A stretch of DNA of 36,592 nucleotides from sequence record SRR22947727_1304, one strand, 5' to 3'. The notes beneath the pieces are model-generated. The model was not told the origin of the DNA and made no database searches. It was given only the letters and a program-made list of their open reading frames with translations. A program made the translations under genes and the position numbers. Below, piece after piece: positions 17,845 through 28,810 of the stretch (positions are counted from its first letter, which is position 1; every line of letters starts with the position of its first letter).

Positions 17845-18566
17845 TTATTCCTGCTATAGATATAATGAATGGTGGTTGCGTAAGGTTATTAAAGGGGAAT
17901 TTTAGTGACCGAACTAACTACGACATATCACCGATCGAAATGGCAAAAAAATTCGCTTTGGATGGAGCAGATTGGATTCACATTGTTGACCTAGATGGCG
18001 CTAGAGATGGAAATCTCGCTCAAATTAACCTTATTATCGAAATAGCACAATCATGTGGAGTTAATATTCAAACCGGTGGAGGCATAAGAGAGCTTATCCA
18101 TATTAAAAAATTAATAAGTAATGGTATCAAAAGAGTAGTAATTGGCTCATTAGCCGTTACAAATCCTAGAAAAGTTAAATCTTGGATAAAAGAATTAGAT
18201 AATGATAGAATTTGTATTGCATTAGATGTGAATATTGATGCTCAAGGCATCCCCTACCCTGCCATACGTGGGTGGACTGAATCCAGCGATAACTCGCTAT
18301 GGGATATTCTCGATGATTATGTTGATAGTGGATTAAGGACTCTTTTGGTTACCGATATAAATAGAGATGGTGCAGAGATGGGCTCCAATGTTTCTCTTTA
18401 TCAAAAAATACAAGACAAGCACCCTAAATTAAATTTAATTACATCCGGAGGTGTTGGTTCCATCAAACATGTGAAAGCATTAAAAGCATTACGTCCTTAT
18501 GGAATTATTATAGGCAAAGCTATATATGAAGGAAGGTTTACCTTAGAGCAGGTAATAAATTGTTAG
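17841..18566 (+). CDS. hisA: ProFAR isomerase
   Basis: [33 protein letters not shown] and SGGVGS motifs. Confidence 0.95.
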   Translation: MIIPAIDIMNGGCVRLLKGNFSDRTNYDISPIEMAKKFALDGADWIHIVDLDGARDGNLAQINLIIEIAQSCGVNIQTGGGIRELIHIKKLISNGIKRVVIGSLAVTNPRKVKSWIKELDNDRICIALDVNIDAQGIPYPAIRGWTESSDNSLWDILDDYVDSGLRTLLVTDINRDGAEMGSNVSLYQKIQDKHPKLNLITSGGVGSIKHVKALKALRPYGIIIGKAIYEGRFTLEQVINC

Positions 18567-19327
18567 CTAAACGAATAATACCATGCTTAGATGTGCGCAA
18601 CGGACGAGTTGTCAAAGGAGTTCAATTCAAAAACCACGAAGATGTCGGTGACATTGTAGAACTTGCATCTCGGTATGCCGAAGAAGGCGCTGATGAGCTT
18701 GTTTTTTATGATATAGGAGCATCTGTTGGCAATAAATCTATAAGTCCTCAATGGATTTCAAGGGTTTCCAGATGTATAGACATTCCATTTTGTGTAGCCG
18801 GTGGTATAGATTCAATTGAATCCGCTTGTGAGCGATTGGAGGCTGGTGCTGATAAAATCAGCATAAATTCTCCAGCGCTTTTAAGACCAAACTTGATTAA
18901 TGAACTATCTGCTGCCTTTGGAAATCAATGTATAGTCGTTGGAATAGATACGTTCCAAGAAGGTAATAAATATCGAGTAAAGTCGTTCACTGGTGACCCA
19001 AAGAAAACTAAAGAAACAGGTCGTATCACAAAGGAGTGGGTTCAAGAAGTTATAAGTCGAGGAGCTGGTGAAGTTGTTTTAAACTGTATGAATAAAGATG
19101 GAGTTAAAAATGGCTATGATATAGATCAACTAAATGACATACGACAAATCTGCTCTGTTCCCTTAATAGCTTCTGGTGGAGCAGGAACTATTCAGCATTT
19201 TATAGACGTGTTTAATATAACAAATGTTGATGGAGCTTTAGCTGCAAGTGTTTTTCATAAGTCACTGATAAATATAAACTATTTAAAAAGTGAGCTTAAA
19301 GAATCAAAAATAGAAGTGAGATTATGA
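18560..19327 (+). CDS. hisF: Imidazole glycerol phosphate synthase cyclase subunit
   Basis: [37 protein letters not shown] and ALAASVFH motifs; TTG start. Confidence 0.97.
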   Translation: MLAKRIIPCLDVRNGRVVKGVQFKNHEDVGDIVELASRYAEEGADELVFYDIGASVGNKSISPQWISRVSRCIDIPFCVAGGIDSIESACERLEAGADKISINSPALLRPNLINELSAAFGNQCIVVGIDTFQEGNKYRVKSFTGDPKKTKETGRITKEWVQEVISRGAGEVVLNCMNKDGVKNGYDIDQLNDIRQICSVPLIASGGAGTIQHFIDVFNITNVDGALAASVFHKSLININYLKSELKESKIEVRL

Positions 19328-19917
19328 AAATAGATTTTACTAAGGGTGCAGGTTTAGTTCCTGCCATAATACAACATTCAGAAACCAATGAGGTTTTGAT
19401 GCTTGGTTACATGAATGAAGAGTCATTAGAATTAACAAAAAATTCGGGTTTAGTTACTTTTTTTAGTCGATCCCGAAATAAAATTTGGATAAAAGGTGAA
19501 ACAAGTGGAAACCACTTAAAGCTTATTTCAATAACAAACGACTGTGATAACGATACATTGCTTGTAAAAGCCATACCAAATGGTCCAGTTTGTCATAAAG
19601 GTACCTTAAGTTGTTTTCCGAATGATACTAAAATAAATAAAGATTTTTTAAGTTACTTAGAGGAAATAATTAAAAGCAGAAGGTTTTCAGATGAAGATAA
19701 TAGCTATACAGCTAAACTATTAAAAGGTCCATTGCAACGCATAGCACAAAAAGTTGGAGAGGAAGGTGTTGAAATTGCTCTTGCATCAGTCACAGAGCCT
19801 GACACCAAAGTAATTGATGAGTCTGCTGATTTATTGTTTCACTTGCTTGTACTTCTACAAGCCAAAGGTCTTCAATTCTCGGATGTTGTAAATGAACTTA
19901 GAAATAGACATAAATAA
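19324..19917 (+). CDS. hisIE: Bifunctional PR-AMP cyclohydrolase / PR-ATP pyrophosphatase
   Basis: [25 protein letters not shown], then [15 protein letters not shown] and ESADLLFH. Confidence 0.96.
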   Translation: MKIDFTKGAGLVPAIIQHSETNEVLMLGYMNEESLELTKNSGLVTFFSRSRNKIWIKGETSGNHLKLISITNDCDNDTLLVKAIPNGPVCHKGTLSCFPNDTKINKDFLSYLEEIIKSRRFSDEDNSYTAKLLKGPLQRIAQKVGEEGVEIALASVTEPDTKVIDESADLLFHLLVLLQAKGLQFSDVVNELRNRHK

Positions 19918-20007
19918 CTCCATTGTTTTAAAAAGTTAATCGTAGTTAATATATATTTATGTTAACCAGACTATTGCATATAATCACACAATTGTTACTT
20001 AACCCCA

Positions 20008-21363
20008 ATGCACTATTATTCGCACAAAGATAAAAACTTAAAGTCTAACTTTAATGAAGCATTATTAGCTAGTTTAGCAGGTGATGGAGGTTTATGGATG
20101 CCTAGTGTGACACCTGCCTTTAAAGAATCTGAATTAATTGAATTGGCTGCTATGAATTTTTCTGATTGTGCAGCTAGTTTGTCAAATCATTTTGTTACTA
20201 ATCAAATAGATAAACAAACACTAGTCGATATATGCGCTGATGCGTATAACTTTGATCTTCCTATAAAAACAATATTTGGAGATAGACAAAGTCCATATGT
20301 GATAAGCAATTGTCAAGATTACATATTAGAACTATTTCATGGGCCCACATTAGCATTTAAAGATTTCGCTGCACGTTTTATGGGACGATGTGCGTCAAAA
20401 CTACTATCTGTGTCATCAGAAAAAAAGATTATATTAGTTGCTACCTCAGGAGATACTGGCGGCGCTATTGGTGATGCCTTTTTAGATCAAAAAAATATCA
20501 CAGTTATAATTTTATTTCCAAAGAATGGTGTTAGCAATGTACAAGAACAGCAGTTATGCACGATAGGTAGCTCTAATTCAAACATATATGCTGTTAAAGT
20601 TGACGGTACATTTGATGACTGCCAAGGATTAGTTAAGGAAGCATTTTCAAATAAATCAATGAATAAAAAATTTTCATTGATGTCTGCTAATTCAATTAAT
20701 GTGGGTAGAGTTATTCCGCAAAGTTTTTACTATCTTTGGAGTAGCCTGCAGGTAAAAACTTCTAACCCAAACCTACCCATTGTCTATTCAATACCTTCGG
20801 GAAATCTGGGGAATTTAACTGGAGGGTTGTTAGCAAAAAAAATGGGCGCACCAATAGATTACTTTGTTGTAGGTAACAATTTAAATGACCCATTTGTACG
20901 CTATTTAAAATCAGGTAATTACAATCCACTTCCCTCGATATCAACTTTATCGAATGCAATGGATATAGGAAGGCCAAATAATTTTCCTAGAATATTGGAA
21001 TTATATTCAGGTGATTACGATAAAATAACAAACGTTTGTCATGGTTTTTCTTTTTCGGATGATGAAACAGAAAAACACATTAAAAAAATATTTAGAGAAT
21101 TTGGTTATGTTATGTGTCCACATACAGCAATTGGACATTTAGCAATGAATGCATTTAAAATGAAATATAAATTTGATTTTACTGGTGTAACTGTTGCTAC
21201 AGCTCATCCTTCTAAATTTACTGAAAATGTTGATAGAATCCTAGGTCAAGCTACTGAGATGCCAATTTCTTTAAAATCAATATTTAAAAAAAAGAAAATC
21301 TATAAAACAATATCCCCTAAAATTTCCGAGTTAGAAACAATTTTATTGAATTGTGTATCATGA
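20008..21363 (+). CDS. thrC: Threonine synthase
   Basis: DGGLW, ELFHGPTLAFKDF, ATSGDTG, SANSINVGR, PSGNLGN and TAHPSKF motifs. Confidence 0.95.
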   Translation: MHYYSHKDKNLKSNFNEALLASLAGDGGLWMPSVTPAFKESELIELAAMNFSDCAASLSNHFVTNQIDKQTLVDICADAYNFDLPIKTIFGDRQSPYVISNCQDYILELFHGPTLAFKDFAARFMGRCASKLLSVSSEKKIILVATSGDTGGAIGDAFLDQKNITVIILFPKNGVSNVQEQQLCTIGSSNSNIYAVKVDGTFDDCQGLVKEAFSNKSMNKKFSLMSANSINVGRVIPQSFYYLWSSLQVKTSNPNLPIVYSIPSGNLGNLTGGLLAKKMGAPIDYFVVGNNLNDPFVRYLKSGNYNPLPSISTLSNAMDIGRPNNFPRILELYSGDYDKITNVCHGFSFSDDETEKHIKKIFREFGYVMCPHTAIGHLAMNAFKMKYKFDFTGVTVATAHPSKFTENVDRILGQATEMPISLKSIFKKKKIYKTISPKISELETILLNCVS

Positions 21364-22004
21364 AACTAACTCGTGATGATTTTTTAGAAAGATACGAAAA
21401 GGGTAATTTAAATATTGCACTTGTAGGCATGTCAAATATCGGAAAAAGTTATACTGCAAAAAGACTGGCTGAGAATTATAATTTTAATTTAGTTGAAATT
21501 GATAAGTTAATTCAGTTGGATATGGGTCATAAAAGCATGGTTGACTTTGCCGAGTGGCAAGGCCAGCCATTTTCTAAAGGCTATGCAGAACGTGAAGTTA
21601 GATCTATACAGCTGGAAACATTAGCAACTAAAAAAGCTATTCTTTCAAAAAAAAATAATACATTAATTGATACCACCGGTAGTGTAATTTATATTGATCA
21701 TAGTGTATTAAAAAAACTGACAGAAAATTTCTTTATAGTGTACATCCAGGTTCATAATGAACATTTAAAAAATCTTACGTCACAGTACCTCTCTAACCCA
21801 AAGCCTTTAATTTGGAAAAATTTTTATCGAAAGATTCCTGAAAAAACTCACATTGAAAGTCTCATGCTGTGTTATCCAGAATTACTAAATGCCAGAGAAA
21901 AAGAATATGAAAAAATATCAGATAAAATAATAAGTTCAGCTAAAGTGCTAAATAAAATTACTAGTATTGATGATATTTATAAACTTCTACAGCCATCCAA
22001 CTAA
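21360..22004 (+). CDS. P-loop small-molecule kinase, shikimate-kinase-like
   Basis: Walker A GMSNIGKS, LVEIDKLI, LIDTTGSVIY, and L..R...Y near the C-terminus. The ATG at 21360 overlaps the thrC stop (ATGA), so it is preferred to the 21351 start. Confidence 0.75.
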   Translation: MKLTRDDFLERYEKGNLNIALVGMSNIGKSYTAKRLAENYNFNLVEIDKLIQLDMGHKSMVDFAEWQGQPFSKGYAEREVRSIQLETLATKKAILSKKNNTLIDTTGSVIYIDHSVLKKLTENFFIVYIQVHNEHLKNLTSQYLSNPKPLIWKNFYRKIPEKTHIESLMLCYPELLNAREKEYEKISDKIISSAKVLNKITSIDDIYKLLQPSN

Positions 22005-22973
22005 TAGACGTTCTTTGATTAAATTAGAAAGAAATTTAGTATGTTCTTTACTGTGATTTAAGCAAGGAACAGCTGAAAAGTTTGTTCCTCCTGCATCCAT
22101 GAATATTTCTTTTGCTTCAATTGAAATTTCCTCCAGCGTTTCCAAGCAATCTGCAGAAAACCCAGGCATGATGACTACAACATTTTTTATATCTTTTTTT
22201 GGCAGCCCCTCTATCGTTTTATCTGTGTAAGGCTGAAGCCAAGCTTTAGGCCCGAATCTAGACTGAAAGGTTGTAATAATTTTACTACCTAGGTCACCTA
22301 CTTCTTTTTTTAATAACTCTGTAGTCTCAATACATTCCTTTTGATATGGGTCACCTTTAACAACATAACTTTGCGGCAAACCATGGTAAGATGTAATTAT
22401 TATATCTGGCTTCCAGGACAAAGTTTGCAAATGTCTTTTTAAACTTTTTGATAGTATTTTTATAAATCGCTTATCATTATAATAATGCCTTAAAAATCTT
22501 AATTCAGGAATATCTTTTCTTTTAACAAGTGCCTTAGCAACACCGTCATAAACTGAAGCTGTCGTAGCCCCGGCAAATTGCGGATATAGTGGCAATACAC
22601 CAATTTGTTTACATCCTTTATCTTCTAGTTTTTTTAAAGCATAATCAATTGATGGATTTCCATAGCGCATAGCTACTTCAACTTCAGCAATATCCTGAAT
22701 TTCATCATTTATCCCTTTGGCTTGCAATCTAGTTATCGCAACTAGAGGTGCATCATTGATTGGGTCACCCCATACTTTACTGTAAGCTTTAGCTGATCTT
22801 GCGGGTCTTATTCTCAAAATTATACCATGCAAAATCCAGCACCATATCCAACGACTCGTATCTATTACGCGTTTGTCATGTAAGAATTGAAAAAGATATT
22901 TTCTGACAGATTTAGCTGTGGGTTCGTCTGGAGATCCAAGATTAACAAGTAATATTCCAGGTTTATTTCCCAT
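21987..22973 (-). CDS. hemH: Ferrochelatase
   Basis: LLVNLGSP, AMRYGNP, LPLYPQF, SYHGLP, FQSRFG..WLQPY and DCLETLEEI motifs. Confidence 0.96.
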   Translation of the reverse strand: MGNKPGILLVNLGSPDEPTAKSVRKYLFQFLHDKRVIDTSRWIWCWILHGIILRIRPARSAKAYSKVWGDPINDAPLVAITRLQAKGINDEIQDIAEVEVAMRYGNPSIDYALKKLEDKGCKQIGVLPLYPQFAGATTASVYDGVAKALVKRKDIPELRFLRHYYNDKRFIKILSKSLKRHLQTLSWKPDIIITSYHGLPQSYVVKGDPYQKECIETTELLKKEVGDLGSKIITTFQSRFGPKAWLQPYTDKTIEGLPKKDIKNVVVIMPGFSADCLETLEEISIEAKEIFMDAGGTNFSAVPCLNHSKEHTKFLSNLIKERLLVGWL

Positions 22974-23096
22974 TATGTGTCCTTTTAGTCATAATTTATA
23001 TAAATTTGACATATTATTAACGCTCTTAACTTGACCCGAGCAGAACTCTGTTTACGTATTAATAGTATTGTTAGTTCTATAATGTATGAGGTTTAA

Positions 23097-24929
23097 ATGC
23101 GCAAACTATTACTATCAGCAGCAAGTATTGCAGCACTAAACTTGATTGCATGCAGTCAAGCACCAACTTCAACAAATTTAAATTCTGTTGATTCAACTTT
23201 AACTGTTCAAGAAGCTAAAGAGTTTCTTGAAAAAGCAGAACAAGAGATAGTAGAATTAAGTGCATTTGCTTCAAAAATATACTGGGTCCAAGCAAACTTT
23301 ATAACAGAGGATACTAATTCACTAGCAGCTATGGCGGGTGCTCAAGCTGCAAAGTTATCAACACGTTTGGCAAATGAAGCAAAACTTTATAATGATACTT
23401 CTTTACCTTCAGACTTACGTCGCAAAATGAACGGGTTAAAACGCGGGAGTAACTTCCCTGCACCGGATAGAGAAGGTGCGGCTGAGGATTTAGCTAGAAT
23501 AATGACAAACCTAGAGGCAACTTATGGTACGGGAAAGTTTAAATATAAAAATAATACAATTAATCTTGGAGAAGCTTCAGATATTATTGCCTCATCGCGT
23601 GATGCATCCGAGTTACAAAAAGTTTGGGAAGGATGGAGAACTATATCTCCTGTTATGAAGGAAAACTATTCTAAAATGGTTGATATAGTAAATGAGGGTT
23701 CGCAAGAATTAGGTTATCCCGATACAGGTGCACTATGGCGTGGTGGCTATGATATGGATGGTGAAGAATTCATTAAAGAGGCAGATAGGTTATGGGGTCA
23801 AGTACAACCACTTTATAACGAGCTTCACTGTAATACTCGTGCAGCTTTAAATAATACCTATGGGGATGATGTACAACCAATTAACGCACCAATAAGGGCA
23901 GATTTATTAGGAAATATGTGGGGGCAAAGTTGGGGAAATATATATGATTTAGTAGCACCCGAAAATGCTGGTAATGGTGTGGATATCACACAACTGCTTA
24001 AAGAAAAGGGGCTTAATCAAAAAGAAATGGTAGAAATTGGAGAAAGTTTTTTCACATCACTTGGTTTTGAACCATTACCTGATACATTCTGGAAAAGATC
24101 TTTAATTACCAAACCAAAAGATAGAGAAGTCGTATGCCATGCATCAGCTTGGGATCTTGATGACCAAGATGATATCAGAATAAAGATGTGTACTAAAATA
24201 AATGGAGAAGATTTTGTAACAATACACCATGAGTTAGGTCATAATATTTATCAGAGAGCATATAAAAACCAATCTGTTTTTTATAAGACTGGTGCCAATG
24301 ATGGTTTTCACGAAGCTATTGGAGATATGATAGCACTATCTATAACGCCTGAATATTTAGTCAAAATTGGACTATTAGATCCTACTGACTTGCCAGGAGA
24401 TAATGCTGATGTATCCTTATTAATGCAGCAAGCTATGGAGAAAATTGCTTTTTTACCTTTTGGCTTAATGGTAGATCAGTGGCGCTGGAAAGTCTTCAGT
24501 GGTGAATATACCCCATCTGAATACAACTCTGGCTGGTGGGAACTAAGAGAAAAATATCAAGGCTTACGTCATCCAGGCGTATCGCGTCCAGACAATGCAT
24601 TTGATCCAGGAGCAAAATTCCACATTCCGGGTAATACTCCCTATATGCGATATTTCTTAGCTCACATATTGCAGTTTCAGTTCCATAAAGCTGCCTGTGA
24701 GATTGCAGGATTTGAAGGACCGCTACATGAGTGTTCTATATATGAAAATAAAGAGGTTGGAAAACGCTTTAATGAAATGATGGAAATGGGTGCTTCAAAA
24801 CCATGGCCTGATGCACTAGAGGCTTTTACGGGAACACGACAAATGGATGGGTCAGCTATCTTAGAGTATTTTAATCCTTTAATGTCTTATTTAAAAGATC
24901 AAAATAAAAACAGATCGTGCGGTTGGTAA
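23097..24929 (+). CDS. Peptidase M2 family (ACE-like dipeptidyl carboxypeptidase), lipoprotein
   Basis: Lipobox LIAC (Cys19), LLGNMWGQ, VCHASAWD, HHELGH zinc motif, GANDGFHEAIGD, FDPGAKFH. Confidence 0.93.
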   Translation: MRKLLLSAASIAALNLIACSQAPTSTNLNSVDSTLTVQEAKEFLEKAEQEIVELSAFASKIYWVQANFITEDTNSLAAMAGAQAAKLSTRLANEAKLYNDTSLPSDLRRKMNGLKRGSNFPAPDREGAAEDLARIMTNLEATYGTGKFKYKNNTINLGEASDIIASSRDASELQKVWEGWRTISPVMKENYSKMVDIVNEGSQELGYPDTGALWRGGYDMDGEEFIKEADRLWGQVQPLYNELHCNTRAALNNTYGDDVQPINAPIRADLLGNMWGQSWGNIYDLVAPENAGNGVDITQLLKEKGLNQKEMVEIGESFFTSLGFEPLPDTFWKRSLITKPKDREVVCHASAWDLDDQDDIRIKMCTKINGEDFVTIHHELGHNIYQRAYKNQSVFYKTGANDGFHEAIGDMIALSITPEYLVKIGLLDPTDLPGDNADVSLLMQQAMEKIAFLPFGLMVDQWRWKVFSGEYTPSEYNSGWWELREKYQGLRHPGVSRPDNAFDPGAKFHIPGNTPYMRYFLAHILQFQFHKAACEIAGFEGPLHECSIYENKEVGKRFNEMMEMGASKPWPDALEAFTGTRQMDGSAILEYFNPLMSYLKDQNKNRSCGW

Positions 24930-25072
24930 ATTTAATAATGAAAAATGGATAATTTTTGATTTATAACATTTAGCGTTGTTTTATAGGCAAGCCCTTTATG
25001 ATAAAAGAATGAATTTTAATAGTTTTCTGGTAGTTTAACTCTTTTTTGTAGTGCTTGTAATAATGCCTAAAT

Positions 25073-28000
25073 TTATTTAAGTTTTTCATATAGAGAGTAG
25101 ATAACATTAAATGTTTTCGCCAAGCGTACTTCCGCTTTTTCAAGATTACATTTGACAAATATTGTTTGGTTTTTCTTGATACGCCACGTAGGGTTACTAT
25201 TAATCGCATTTAATATTTTAGATGGGTCTGAAATATCTTTTTTTCTTATAGTAATTACTATCCCTAGAGGACCTGCATCTATCTTTTCTACAGAAGATTT
25301 CTTACATAACCTTTTGATTTGCATTACTTTTAATAAAGATTTTAACTCCATAGGAAGAGGTCCAAAGCGATCTACCAGTTCAATAGATAATGCATCACCT
25401 TGTTCATCATTTTCGACCATAGAAATTCGTCTATAGGTTGATAATCTTAGATTTAAGTCTTCTATATATTTTTCTGGTATTAATATAGCAACTCCTAGAT
25501 TAACCTGAGGAGACCAACTACTATCTCTATGCTGAATTTCATTTTTTAATTCAGACACAGCTTCTTCCAACATATGTTGGTATAATTCTACACCCAAGTC
25601 TTTTATGTGTCCTGATTGTTCTTGACCTAAAGGGTTTCCACTCCCACGCATGTCAAGATCATAACTAGCGAGTGTAAAACCTGCACCAAGAGTATCCAAT
25701 GATTGCAATATTTTTAAACGGTTTTGAGCATTTTTTGTTATGAGTTTATTTGTAGGCATTGTGAAATAAGCATATGCTCTTAACTTTGAGCGCCCTACCC
25801 TTCCTCGCATTTGATAAAGTTGAGCTAATCCAAATCTATCTGCTCTATAAATAATCATTGTGTTAGCAGTTGGAATATCTATTCCACTTTCGATTATGGA
25901 TGTTGATATAAGGACATCATACTGACCATTATAAAAAGCAGTCATTATATCTTCTAAGGCATTAGGTGACATTTTTCCATGTGCGATTACATATGTTACC
26001 TCAGGTACTTCCGTTTGAATAAATTCATCTATTTTTTGTATATCAGAGACTCTTGGAACTACGAAAAAGCATTGCCCCCCCCTATACCGTTCTCTAAGAA
26101 TTGCTTTTCGTATAGAGATTGTATCAAAAGGAGAAATATAAGTTCTAACTGCGAGTCTATCTACCGGCGGAGTAGCAATAAGCGATAAATCTCTTATACC
26201 AGAGAGTGCCATTTGCAAAGTTCTTGGTATGGGAGTCGCAGTTAAAGTTAAAACATGAAGGTCTGATCTTAATTGTTTCAAACGCTCTTTATGTTGAACT
26301 CCAAATCTTTGTTCTTCATCGACTATAATTAAGCCTAATTCTGAAAAACCTAGCGTTTTTGAAAGTAAACTATGAGTTCCAACTATAATATCGCATTGCC
26401 CATTTTTAAGCTCACTTTTAGTCATTGCTTGATCTTTTGGTGACACCATGCGTGATAATTGCTTTACATTAACAGGAAAGCCCTTAAATCTTTCTGAAAA
26501 AGTCTTATAATGTTGTCGTGATAAAATCGTGGTCGGAGCCACTATTGCAACTTGCTTTCCACTCATTACCATTGCAAAAGCTGCTCTTAGAGCAACTTCA
26601 GTTTTGCCGAACCCGACATCGCCGCATATCAATCTATCCATTGGCTTGCCGCTTTTAAGATCATCTAAAACTTCATCTATAGAATTTATTTGATCATCTG
26701 TTTCAACGTAAGGAAATCTAGAACAAAATTCATTATATGTCTTCTGGTCTATACTTATTGCTTCACAGGTTTTCATAGCTCTTTTAGCCGCGATTACGAT
26801 TAACTCACCTGCAATATCAAGAAGACGTTTTTTAGCTTTAGCTTTACGTGACTGCCATGCGGCACTGCCCAATTTGTCTAGAGTAATGTTCTCTGAAGCT
26901 GAACCATAACGAGATAAAAGTTCGATATTCTGAACTGGCAGATATAATGTGGAACCACCAAAATATTCAAGTTTCAAACAATCATGTGGAGCATTATGGA
27001 CACTAACAGTTTCAAGACCTATGTAACGTCCTAAGCCATGATCTATGTGAATTATCAAATCACCTGAGTTAAGCGATGTAACTTCAGATATAAAATCTTT
27101 AGTTCTTCTTTTTCTTCCTCGATTTATCAATCGATCACCGAAAATATCTTGCTCAGATATAATAATTAAGTCATCGATTTCAAAACCTGTTTCTAATGGC
27201 AATGTTACTCTAAAAGCAGTAGAGTTATTAATGGATAGGGCATCAGTACCTAATTTAATTTCAGAAAGTTCTAACCCATGATCAGACAAAACACTTCCAA
27301 GCCTTTCAGATGAACCACTAGTATGAGATGCAACTAATACTTTTTTATTAGAAGCCTTAAGCCGATTTATATATTTAACTACTTCATCAAAAACATTACA
27401 ATCAATTTGATTTCTTTCATTTGAAAAGCTTCTCCCAGAACGCCCTTTGAAGTCTATTTTATTGTTTGCATCAGGCGGTATGAATAACGCGTGATTACGT
27501 ACTTTAAAAACTGATAAAGCTTCTTTCCACTCCTCTGGTTGAATGTATAAATTATCAATTGGTAATGGTCTGTACAAACCTGATAATTTTGCTGGATCTC
27601 CGGATCCTGTGTCATGGAAACCAACATAATCACTGCGTGATGAGTAGTAATCATCAATTAAATCTCGTCTTTCAGACAATGATTCGTTACACAAGCAATC
27701 AAAAGAAATTAACGATCCAATTCGCAAGTAGTCAAAAATAGTTTCAAGTTTATTATAAAATAATGGTAAATAATGCTCTATTCCTTGTGGTCTTATGCCT
27801 TCAATGACTGATGAATAGATAGGGTCCTTTGCTACTCCGCCTCCAAAAGCAGCGATATAGTTTCTTCGAAAAAGGCCTATTGATAAATTCGAGAGTAAAA
27901 CTTCACTTACTGGAGTAAAGGTAATACTATTTAATTTAACTTTGGTACGTTGAGTTTCGGAATCAAAGGTACGGATTACATCAATATCATCACCAAAAAA

Positions 28001-28555
28001 ATCTAATCTAACTGGGTCATCAAAGCCTATTGGATATATATCAATTATACCGCCTCTTACTGCATAATCACCAGCATCTCTGACAATTGTTTCACGAATA
28101 TAGCCATTTTCAACTAAGTAACGTTGTAAATTTTCTCTCTTTAATTCAGAACCAGTATTAATGGTTAAACTAGATGCGGATACTATAGACTGCGGAATTA
28201 ATTTTTGAGTAACAGCGCTTATAGTAGATATTAATATCAGTGGTTTATCATTATTGTATGATAATATTTTCGACAAAGTTGATGCGCGTTTTGCAGCTAA
28301 ATCTCTACTTGGTGAAACTCTATCATATGGAAGACAATCCCAAGCTGGAAGCATTATAACTTCTATATCAGGAGCATAAAATTGACACGCTGAAAGAAAT
28401 GTATCAGCCCTTCGATCATCGCGAGCAACAAACATTGAAATATTGTTAAGTTTACGTGCAGCTTTAGTAAAAATTAAAGCATCAGCCCCTTCGGGCAAAC
28501 CAGCTGCAAGGATACTAGGTTCATTCCCCGCATATCTATTTAACTGTATTCGCAT
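25073..28555 (-). CDS. mfd: Transcription-repair coupling factor
   Basis: PAWDCLPYD, RGGIIDI, HIDHGLG, GDVGFGKTEVA, DEEQRFG, TATPIPRT and QMRGRVGRS motifs; 1160 aa. Confidence 0.97.
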   Translation of the reverse strand: MRIQLNRYAGNEPSILAAGLPEGADALIFTKAARKLNNISMFVARDDRRADTFLSACQFYAPDIEVIMLPAWDCLPYDRVSPSRDLAAKRASTLSKILSYNNDKPLILISTISAVTQKLIPQSIVSASSLTINTGSELKRENLQRYLVENGYIRETIVRDAGDYAVRGGIIDIYPIGFDDPVRLDFFGDDIDVIRTFDSETQRTKVKLNSITFTPVSEVLLSNLSIGLFRRNYIAAFGGGVAKDPIYSSVIEGIRPQGIEHYLPLFYNKLETIFDYLRIGSLISFDCLCNESLSERRDLIDDYYSSRSDYVGFHDTGSGDPAKLSGLYRPLPIDNLYIQPEEWKEALSVFKVRNHALFIPPDANNKIDFKGRSGRSFSNERNQIDCNVFDEVVKYINRLKASNKKVLVASHTSGSSERLGSVLSDHGLELSEIKLGTDALSINNSTAFRVTLPLETGFEIDDLIIISEQDIFGDRLINRGRKRRTKDFISEVTSLNSGDLIIHIDHGLGRYIGLETVSVHNAPHDCLKLEYFGGSTLYLPVQNIELLSRYGSASENITLDKLGSAAWQSRKAKAKKRLLDIAGELIVIAAKRAMKTCEAISIDQKTYNEFCSRFPYVETDDQINSIDEVLDDLKSGKPMDRLICGDVGFGKTEVALRAAFAMVMSGKQVAIVAPTTILSRQHYKTFSERFKGFPVNVKQLSRMVSPKDQAMTKSELKNGQCDIIVGTHSLLSKTLGFSELGLIIVDEEQRFGVQHKERLKQLRSDLHVLTLTATPIPRTLQMALSGIRDLSLIATPPVDRLAVRTYISPFDTISIRKAILRERYRGGQCFFVVPRVSDIQKIDEFIQTEVPEVTYVIAHGKMSPNALEDIMTAFYNGQYDVLISTSIIESGIDIPTANTMIIYRADRFGLAQLYQMRGRVGRSKLRAYAYFTMPTNKLITKNAQNRLKILQSLDTLGAGFTLASYDLDMRGSGNPLGQEQSGHIKDLGVELYQHMLEEAVSELKNEIQHRDSSWSPQVNLGVAILIPEKYIEDLNLRLSTYRRISMVENDEQGDALSIELVDRFGPLPMELKSLLKVMQIKRLCKKSSVEKIDAGPLGIVITIRKKDISDPSKILNAINSNPTWRIKKNQTIFVKCNLEKAEVRLAKTFNVIYSLYEKLK

Positions 28556-28810
28556 TTATTTAATAGGTTCAAAAGATTTAATTCTATAAAAAAGATCAGT
28601 ATTGTAATCATCGGGAATTGCTATTTTACCTGTTATCCATCCATAAACATCATGATCTTTACAGTTTAATAACTCTTCAAATAAATCGACATCATGGTCG
28701 CTAAGTTCATTCATATATTTATTTGCGAAACCACCCAAAATAAGATCAACTTCTTTAAAGCCCCTATAATTTGAGCGATATATTAATTTTTTGCGTTTAA
28801 TGTCCATCAT
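28556..28810 (-). CDS. sdhE: Succinate dehydrogenase flavinylation/assembly factor SdhE
   Basis: YRSNYRGFKEVDLILGGFA motif; located between mfd and recG. Confidence 0.88.
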   Translation of the reverse strand: MMDIKRKKLIYRSNYRGFKEVDLILGGFANKYMNELSDHDVDLFEELLNCKDHDVYGWITGKIAIPDDYNTDLFYRIKSFEPIK

